Positions 30,621 to 36,893 of a stretch of DNA of 64,000 nucleotides are shown here, piece by piece. Origin of the DNA: an uncultured Rikenellaceae bacterium (GTDB lineage: Bacteria > Bacteroidota > Bacteroidia > Bacteroidales > VadinHA17); NCBI GenBank assembly GCA_964595725.1, contig CAZQRQ010000006.1, positions 22,165-86,164 on the forward strand, given 5' to 3'. Below the pieces are notes generated by a model, which saw only the letters and a list, made by a program, of their open reading frames with translations, was not told where the DNA came from and ran no database searches. Each line of letters starts with the position of its first letter. The first letter of the stretch is position 1. The position numbers were made by a program, and so were the translations under genes.

Positions 30621-31822
30621 TTTCTGCTATTATGCTTTTCCATTATTTCTCCGGTTAAAGTGGCCGATGAACTAATAAGCTCATTGGCGTTCATCAGCCT
30701 GACCCCGGAGTTAATATCAAATACAGCAGCCATCCTCTCTGTGCAGCAGTAACATGGATCAACGGCTGCCAGTGAAATGGTGGCATCCGAAATACTCTGG
30801 CCAATGCACGATTTCCGGAAAGTTGCAATATTGACGTAGCTTGGAGCCCTTATTTTATGTCGTGCCGGTGAGTTGGACCCATCCGAGAAGACACAGTGAA
30901 ATACTTCGCCTCTTGGTGCTTCAGCACGCCCCGTTCCCATTCCCTCAGGTATCTCCTTGATCTTAGCAGCTATTTCACCCTCTTTAAGCTTCCTTAAGGC
31001 TGCAAGACACTGTTCTATAATGGAGATCGATTCATACATCTCGAGAAGCCTGACCTCTGCCTTTGCATAGACATCGCCCGTTTCGGCTGTTATTACTTTC
31101 CAGTTAACCAGATCATAAGCTGCATAGGGATCATCTTTCCTGACATCAATAGCCACTCCCGACGCCCTGGCTGTCGGGCCAACAGCTGCATAATCAAGTA
31201 TATCCTGCTTTGTAAGGATGCCGACACCTTTAGTCCTGGCATGAATTACAGGATCATCCATCACAGCTCCCGTCAGCAGGTCTGTCTTTTTCTTAAGTTC
31301 TCCTAGAACTTTTTCCACAGATGGTATTTTGTGTGCTTCTATGTCTCTCCTGACTCCCCCTATCTTGAACATGGCATAGCTGTTCCTGTTTCCTGTTATC
31401 ATTTCGAAAAGTTCAAGCACCGGTTCGCGGTATTTCCATGCCCACATGAAGACCGTATTGTAACCGAGGAAATGTCCGGCCAGCCCAACCCATAGAAGAT
31501 GGCTGTGAATTCTTTCCAGCTCCCCGATTATGGTCCTTATATATTTAGCCCTGTCGGGTATTTCCTCGTTCACTATCTCTTCCACGGCATTGGCGAATGC
31601 GAAAGGGTGGGAGGTGGAGCATATTCCGCAGATCCGCTCTACAAGGAAGAATACCTGGTCATAAGTTTTGGATTCTGAGAGTTTCTCTATACCACGATGG
31701 TTGTATCCTGTTTCCCACTTGATATCCCTGACAATTTCCCCGTCACAGTAAAGTTTGAAAAGTTCAGGCTCTTCCTGCAGTGGGTGATACGGACCGATTG
31801 GTATTAATGTTGGTTTGCTCAT
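30617..31822 (-). CDS. group-4 [NiFe] hydrogenase large (catalytic) subunit, NuoD/MbhL/EchE-like
   Basis: 401 aa. N-terminal ligand motif ERICGICSTSH, C-terminal DPCYCCTER, then a 38-aa tail. Confidence 0.9.
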   Translation of the reverse strand: MSKPTLIPIGPYHPLQEEPELFKLYCDGEIVRDIKWETGYNHRGIEKLSESKTYDQVFFLVERICGICSTSHPFAFANAVEEIVNEEIPDRAKYIRTIIGELERIHSHLLWVGLAGHFLGYNTVFMWAWKYREPVLELFEMITGNRNSYAMFKIGGVRRDIEAHKIPSVEKVLGELKKKTDLLTGAVMDDPVIHARTKGVGILTKQDILDYAAVGPTARASGVAIDVRKDDPYAAYDLVNWKVITAETGDVYAKAEVRLLEMYESISIIEQCLAALRKLKEGEIAAKIKEIPEGMGTGRAEAPRGEVFHCVFSDGSNSPARHKIRAPSYVNIATFRKSCIGQSISDATISLAAVDPCYCCTERMAAVFDINSGVRLMNANELISSSATLTGEIMEKHNSRK

Positions 31823-31830
31823 ACTTCAGA

Positions 31831-32268
31831 TCATTTGAACTCTTTTCTGTAGGGATAAACACCTTCTGCCCAGTTGCCTTCAGAGATAAGCTTCTCCTGG
31901 TTCGGATGGTTTATGAAATCGATGCCGAAAAGTTCATGCATCTCACGTTCTATCCAGTTTGAAGCGTTAAACATGTTAGAAAGAGATTCAATGTGAGGGT
32001 TTTCATGACTCAGCATTACATGTATATTAAGCACCAGCCCCGTCTCGTCCTTGCTGAAATGGTAATGTATCTCGAATCCCGTCCTGGTATGAAGTGCAGA
32101 TGCAATTATGAACCTCAGCCCTGCGTCTTTGTAAAGATGCTCAGCCATGCCTGTAATTGCCTCCGGATTAATAGTTATGGTTACCCTCTTCTCATTTTTC
32201 ACGGCAATATTCAGGATGTAAGCCCTGAACTTCTCTTGAATCTTGTTTATAATCTCTTCCGTATTCAT
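31831..32268 (-). CDS. NuoC/MbhK-like hydrogenase subunit
   Basis: 145 aa with an ANWIEREMHELFGIDF motif (NuoC/30 kDa family). Confidence 0.85.
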   Translation of the reverse strand: MNTEEIINKIQEKFRAYILNIAVKNEKRVTITINPEAITGMAEHLYKDAGLRFIIASALHTRTGFEIHYHFSKDETGLVLNIHVMLSHENPHIESLSNMFNASNWIEREMHELFGIDFINHPNQEKLISEGNWAEGVYPYRKEFK

Positions 32269-32334
32269 CTGTATTCATTTTCCATTTCTTGCTCACCTCT
32301 TTCATTTACCATCCGGGGAGGTGATTCCTGGGTG

Positions 32335-32745
32335 CTATTTTCCGGCAAGTTTCACTATACCTGCAATTATTGCTTCTGGTTTTGGCGGACACCCCGGAAT
32401 ATATGCATCAACCGGTATTATTTTATCGACTGGACCAGCAAAAACATTTCCCTCGGCAAAGATGCCCCCTGTGCACCCGCAGGCTCCTATTGCAACGACA
32501 AGAACAGGTTTCGGTGCCTGGTTATATATCTCCAGCAGCCTGTCGCGATCGCGCCTGTTAATGGAACCATTTACAAGGAGTACATCGGCATGTCGTACAC
32601 TGCCGACCAGCAATATTCCAAATCTTTCCAGGTCGTGCTTCGGGGTGAGGCAGTCCAGGATCTCGATGTCACAGTTATTACAGGACGCCCCGCCGAAGTG
32701 GAAAATCCAGAGTGATTTTTTGAAGCAATAGCTTTTAAAACCCAC
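32335..32745 (-). CDS. NuoB/MbhJ-like hydrogenase small subunit (proximal 4Fe-4S)
   Basis: 136 aa with the Cys ligands GGASCNNC, GACGCTGG and IPGCPP. Confidence 0.9.
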   Translation of the reverse strand: MGFKSYCFKKSLWIFHFGGASCNNCDIEILDCLTPKHDLERFGILLVGSVRHADVLLVNGSINRRDRDRLLEIYNQAPKPVLVVAIGACGCTGGIFAEGNVFAGPVDKIIPVDAYIPGCPPKPEAIIAGIVKLAGK

Positions 32746-32757
32746 AGCTTTCTGTAT

Positions 32758-33690
32758 TTAATATCCAAATATTATCAACACTATAGCAATCACAGCAAGC
32801 AGATTCATCCATATCATGAAGAAGCTCATTGCCTGTTTTATCTTAAGCCTGGGATTGGTGTTTCTTATAAGAGTCAGAAGCAGCACAATGCCCAGTATCT
32901 TTAACACTGCCCAGAGTATGTTAACACCGGTGAGGTTGATACCATTCATCATCAGAGCAGTAATAAAAGCCGGTAGAATAAAGAACATGATGTACTTTGT
33001 CAGCTTTATTAGTGCGTAGGCAGAACCTGAATACTCAATAAAAGCACCTTCGGTTATTTCAGTTTCAGCCTCAGCCATATCGAACGGAACAAGAGCAAGC
33101 TTAGCCTGTATGCAGAAAACAGCCACAATGAACAGCAGTACGCCTGAAACACTTCCTATGAAAGGAGACCCGTTCTGCTGGGCTTCAATTATACCATTAA
33201 TATCAATATGCTGTCCGGCCTTCATTACAATGCCCGCCACAACCAGGATAAATGTAAGCTCATAGCTGAGGATCAGTTTCATTTCCCTTGATGCCCCTAC
33301 CGCCGCGAGTGGATTGCCTGATGCTAAAGCTCCTATTACATAAGAGAATGATGGTATTGTAAGAAGGTAAAACACGACGAGCACATCTCCTTTAAAACCT
33401 GTTGCAATGTTAAAAAGCGGTAGCAGGATAAAGACAGAAGCCATAGTTGCCCCGAAAAGAGCGAAGATGGGTGCAAGCAGGAAGATCAGGGGTGATCCCT
33501 GTTTTGGCAATATTGTCTCCTTTACCAGCAGCAACTTGAAGAAATCGTAGAATGGCTGTAATATTGGAGGCCCTTTCCTGAACTGGAGCCGCGCTGTTAT
33601 TTTCCTGTCGAACCAGGAGAGAAATCCCCCCGTTATCCCGGAAAATAAGAGACCGGGAAAGACAAGAAAATAAAAGAGATAGGCTGCCAT
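32758..33690 (-). CDS. NuoH/MbhM/HycD-like membrane subunit
   Basis: 310 aa, ~8 TM helices. Motifs RKITARLQFRKGP and PFDMAEAETE, the latter being the NuoH signature. Confidence 0.85.
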   Translation of the reverse strand: MAAYLFYFLVFPGLLFSGITGGFLSWFDRKITARLQFRKGPPILQPFYDFFKLLLVKETILPKQGSPLIFLLAPIFALFGATMASVFILLPLFNIATGFKGDVLVVFYLLTIPSFSYVIGALASGNPLAAVGASREMKLILSYELTFILVVAGIVMKAGQHIDINGIIEAQQNGSPFIGSVSGVLLFIVAVFCIQAKLALVPFDMAEAETEITEGAFIEYSGSAYALIKLTKYIMFFILPAFITALMMNGINLTGVNILWAVLKILGIVLLLTLIRNTNPRLKIKQAMSFFMIWMNLLAVIAIVLIIFGY

Positions 33691-33700
33691 AACTAATATA

Positions 33701-34198
33701 TTACTGATTATCCTGTTTATAAATTATATCCTTGACAAGAACCTTATCATTAAGCTTGAAAATGTTTGATCCTGGAGCTTCCCTGGCATCTGTGATTGTA
33801 ACTGTACCCGGGGGACATGCAGCAACAAATTTTTCCATCTCCGACGTATCACTCAGATTGTAAAACAGATCCCTGTTGCGGTGATGACTGAAAAAATCGA
33901 CCATCATTGTCCCGAATGGGCATATTGTAACACACGATTTACACGACACACAGAGATTGGTATAACGATTAATTACACCCTCCTCATCTTTTTCAAGTGC
34001 TTCGGCAGGACATGCAGCTATACATGGAGCATCTTCGCATTTTCTGCATGTATACCTGAAGGTCGCCAGTTCAATGATACTTTTAAGGCCGTTATTGTTA
34101 GGCTGAATGTAGAAAAATCCTTCAGGTAGTTTTCTCTGCGGATTTTCTGCCATTGCTGCCCGAAGCCTTATCATATCTATCAATATCTTTTGCGCCAT
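33701..34198 (-). CDS. HycB-like 2x[4Fe-4S] ferredoxin-domain electron-transfer subunit
   Basis: Motifs CRKCEDAPCIAACP and CVSCKSCVTICP. I chose the start at MAQKILID (34198), 1 nt after the upstream stop. The track start at 34267 would overlap the upstream gene by 68 nt. Confidence 0.75.
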   Translation of the reverse strand: MAQKILIDMIRLRAAMAENPQRKLPEGFFYIQPNNNGLKSIIELATFRYTCRKCEDAPCIAACPAEALEKDEEGVINRYTNLCVSCKSCVTICPFGTMMVDFFSHHRNRDLFYNLSDTSEMEKFVAACPPGTVTITDAREAPGSNIFKLNDKVLVKDIIYKQDNQ

Positions 34199-34199
34199 A

Positions 34200-35024
34200 T
34201 CAGTTCCAGATGTTGGGTTGATCCTTAATCTCATCATAGGTAAATACCGGCCCGTCCTTGCAGACAAAGTATTTTCCCATCATGCAGTGTCCGCATTTTC
34301 CAAGTCCGCACGACATGTTTTTCTCCATAGAGAGGTATATATCATGCTCTGGATATCCCATCTGAAGCAATTTCAGAGTTCCAAACTTCATCATTATTGG
34401 CGGGCCGCAGACCACGGCAATAGAGTTATCAATGTCGACTTTAACATCATCAAGCAGCACAGTAACAACCCCGACACGCTCGGTCCAGGTGTCATCCCCT
34501 CTGTCAACGCTCCTCAGTACCTCAAATTTCGGAGTATCGCGGAGTACCGAGATATATGGCTTGTAGATACAATCCTCAGGCGTTTTCGATCCATAACAAA
34601 GAGTTACCTTTCTCAGCTTGTCGGAGATTGCTATAAGCGAATACAGTAATGATCTTATAGGAGCAAATCCGCAACCTCCTCCCAGGATCAGCACCTCCTT
34701 GTCGTAAAATTTCTCAACGGGATATCCTCTCCCGTATGGCCCTCTTATGCCCATATATGATCCCGGCTTCATATTGTGCATGTATTCAGTAACATATCCG
34801 GTCTTCATGATTGTGACCTCAATCGTGTCTTTTACTAGTGGTGATGAAGATGGTGTGAAGGGAGCCTCGCCTATATTTTCAACCGATAATTCAATAAACT
34901 GACCTGTTCCGAACGAAAATTCCTCCTGGGGAGAGAGCACAAAAGTCCTGATCAGAGGTGATTCCTCAATAACGTCTGTCAATTTTGCCCTTATCGGCCT
35001 GTATATGTTCTTTTTATTAGGCAT
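34200..35024 (-). CDS. FNR-fold FAD/NAD(P)-binding protein with C-terminal [2Fe-2S] (sulfhydrogenase gamma / AsrB / PyrK-like)
   Basis: 274 aa. FAD motif APFTPSS, nucleotide motif LILGGGCGFAPI, C-terminal cluster CGLGKCGHCMMGKYFVC. Confidence 0.85.
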   Translation of the reverse strand: MPNKKNIYRPIRAKLTDVIEESPLIRTFVLSPQEEFSFGTGQFIELSVENIGEAPFTPSSSPLVKDTIEVTIMKTGYVTEYMHNMKPGSYMGIRGPYGRGYPVEKFYDKEVLILGGGCGFAPIRSLLYSLIAISDKLRKVTLCYGSKTPEDCIYKPYISVLRDTPKFEVLRSVDRGDDTWTERVGVVTVLLDDVKVDIDNSIAVVCGPPIMMKFGTLKLLQMGYPEHDIYLSMEKNMSCGLGKCGHCMMGKYFVCKDGPVFTYDEIKDQPNIWN

Positions 35025-35030
35025 ATCGGC

Positions 35031-36023
35031 TTATTTTGCCAGTTCCCTGAATATTTCATTTTTGTTGATCCTTCCGATGCATGCTTCAATGCACCTGCCG
35101 CAGCCTGTACAGGCCACTGACCTGAACCGCGCCGGTTTCCATACATACTTGCATTTATACCTGTTCATGAATCTGAGAGATAGCTCATGAAGGGCATCCT
35201 CGCCTCCCGCAACCCTTTCAAATCCCGGATACTGACATGCATCCATCTGCTTGACTTTGTGAAATCCGGGTTTGTCAAGCAGGAGGAAGCAGCTGCAGGT
35301 AGGACAAATGGTCGTGCATGCACCACACGAAACGCATTTGCCGGAGTATTTCTCCCAGACTCCCATACCAGCGTTCTCGACCAGCTTCCCCGTGGCTTTA
35401 TAGTCGGGTAAACCTGTATTGGAAGCATTCAGGAGCACCCCGACTTCCTTTCTTTTCTTGTCTATATATGCTTCAATATCACGGTCATTCATGATATTAA
35501 CACCTTCAAGCCGTTGTATCAGCGCTGCACCTTTATCAGAAATATCCCTGAGGATCACAGAACCATTGTACAGAATTACCGAGATATCAGCATTTCTTTC
35601 AGCAAATGGACTAATACCATATGCAGTACAGTGGCAATGTTCCTGAATATTAAAACAATCAGTTGAGATTATCAGCGTGTTTTCCCTTCTGTTCCTGTAA
35701 AAGATATCCTCAAAAGTATCATCAAGATATATCTCGTCAAGAATATTCAAAGCCTCAACATCACAATTGGGAACTCCAATTATTATCCTGGGCCTGTCCC
35801 CTTTGGGAAGGGACGATACATTTTCCTTGACAGGCAGGAAAAAGCTCTTGAGAGGAGTAACGGGCTTTGCCTTATTATAACTTATTTCGGCTATATTTAC
35901 CGATGACAGGATCTGATAATCTTGAGTATTTCCGTTATTTACCGAAGCATAAATCAGGAAATCTCCGGTCAGACCTTCCAGATTCCTATCCCATTTCTCC
36001 CTATTAATTATATGATATTTCAT
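35031..36023 (-). CDS. 4Fe-4S dicluster protein (sulfhydrogenase beta / AsrA-like), first gene of the hydrogenase operon
   Basis: 330 aa with CVSCGACTTICPTCSCF and CTGCGRCIEAC, plus additional Cys (CHCTAYG). Confidence 0.8.
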   Translation of the reverse strand: MKYHIINREKWDRNLEGLTGDFLIYASVNNGNTQDYQILSSVNIAEISYNKAKPVTPLKSFFLPVKENVSSLPKGDRPRIIIGVPNCDVEALNILDEIYLDDTFEDIFYRNRRENTLIISTDCFNIQEHCHCTAYGISPFAERNADISVILYNGSVILRDISDKGAALIQRLEGVNIMNDRDIEAYIDKKRKEVGVLLNASNTGLPDYKATGKLVENAGMGVWEKYSGKCVSCGACTTICPTCSCFLLLDKPGFHKVKQMDACQYPGFERVAGGEDALHELSLRFMNRYKCKYVWKPARFRSVACTGCGRCIEACIGRINKNEIFRELAK

Positions 36024-36025
36024 TT

Positions 36026-36043
36026 ATGTGAGAAGTATCACAT
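36026..36043. promoter_or_regulatory. Rex-type operator candidate 1 (ATGTGAGAAGTATCACAT)
   Basis: Perfect TGTGA-N6-TCACA palindrome 3 nt upstream of the ATG of the first hydrogenase-operon gene. It resembles the Rex consensus TTGTGAAnnnnTTCACAA. Confidence 0.55.
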
Positions 36044-36210
36044 ATAAAAGTATATCGTTGAATAATTTACTTAAATGAAAATTGTCAGGGTTTTTATTGT
36101 TATTTTATTAACAAGCCAGTTAATAAATTATATATCAGTATGATAATTATAATGTTTTTTTTGATAAAAAAATAATTATCTTGCACTAATACATTGGTTA
36201 AATTATTTTG

Positions 36211-36228
36211 ATGTGAAACAAATCACAA
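36211..36228. promoter_or_regulatory. Rex-type operator candidate 2 (ATGTGAAACAAATCACAA)
   Basis: TGTGAA-N4-(A)TCACAA palindrome with 2 mismatches to the 14 specified consensus positions. It overlaps the GTG start (36213) of rex itself. Confidence 0.6.
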
Positions 36229-36893
36229 AATATGTAATCAAGAACAGCCTGAAGAGGATATTCCTTTACCGGTCGAGTCTTCTGAGGCTGAAGAAAATGG
36301 GAGTACAAAGGATCTTCTCTTATACCCTGGCAAATGAAACAGGAGTGACACCGGACCAGGTTAGAAAGGATTTTTCTGAATTTGGGATCAGGGGAAATAA
36401 GAGAGGCGGTTATGAGATTGATGATCTTCTGCATGCGATGGAAGACATATTTCACAGAAACAAGGACAATAACATAGTGCTTATCGGCATGGGAAACCTC
36501 GGCCAGGCCCTTTCAAAGTACAGCAGGTTCGTTCAGCGGAACATGAATATCGTTGCCACATTCGATATAGACCCTTTTAAACAGAAGATGAGATCGGGTA
36601 TGCCTGTGTATAATATGAGCAGGCTTAAAGAAATAGTTGACAGGTTTAAGGTAAGGGTTGCCATACTGGCCGTGCCTGAAATCTCTGCACAGGAGGTCGC
36701 CGATGAGGTGATAAAATACGGTATCAAGGGTATAATAAATTTTGCCCCGGTGCTTCTGAAAGTACCGGGCGACATAGTCGTAAATAACGTAAACCTGTGT
36801 GATGAGCTGGAGAGCGTCATCTACTATGTGCATCATATCCTCAAAGCCGACGGTCTTAAAAACATAAGTATATTATACGGGGATACGAAATAA
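36213..36893 (+). CDS. rex: redox-sensing transcriptional repressor Rex
   Basis: 226 aa. N-terminal winged-helix region (LKRIFLYRSSLLRL..VTPDQVRKDFSEFGIRGNKRGGYEI) and a Rossmann NAD(H) domain (IVLIGMGNLGQAL). GTG start: no in-frame ATG lies upstream before a stop. Confidence 0.9.
   Translation: MKQITKYVIKNSLKRIFLYRSSLLRLKKMGVQRIFSYTLANETGVTPDQVRKDFSEFGIRGNKRGGYEIDDLLHAMEDIFHRNKDNNIVLIGMGNLGQALSKYSRFVQRNMNIVATFDIDPFKQKMRSGMPVYNMSRLKEIVDRFKVRVAILAVPEISAQEVADEVIKYGIKGIINFAPVLLKVPGDIVVNNVNLCDELESVIYYVHHILKADGLKNISILYGDTK

Noticed and set aside
30617-31822. Possibility that the complex is an MBS/Mbx-type sulfane reductase or a Nuo-like complex rather than a hydrogenase
   Set aside because: Both Cys pairs of the Ni-Fe site are present. 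The locus also encodes a cleavable C-terminal tail, a dedicated endopeptidase and a full hypFCDEAB set. As I recall, MBS-type catalytic subunits have lost part of these ligands. Only phylogeny or biochemistry can fully exclude this.
263-31822. Selenocysteine (in-frame TGA) in the HdrA-like or hydrogenase large-subunit genes
   Set aside because: Both ORFs are continuous with Cys at the relevant positions. There are no split ORFs flanking a TGA.
31993-32731. Two long plus-strand ORFs (240 aa and 162 aa)
   Set aside because: Both are antisense to the NuoC-like and NuoB-like hydrogenase subunits, whose conserved motifs are unambiguous. They also overlap each other in different frames.
34200-36023. 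Calling these two genes anaerobic sulfite reductase asrA/asrB
   Set aside because: No AsrC-like siroheme subunit is adjacent, and the genes head a hydrogenase operon. I interpret them as an electron-transfer module. They are retained as a finding rather than as a sulfite reductase call.
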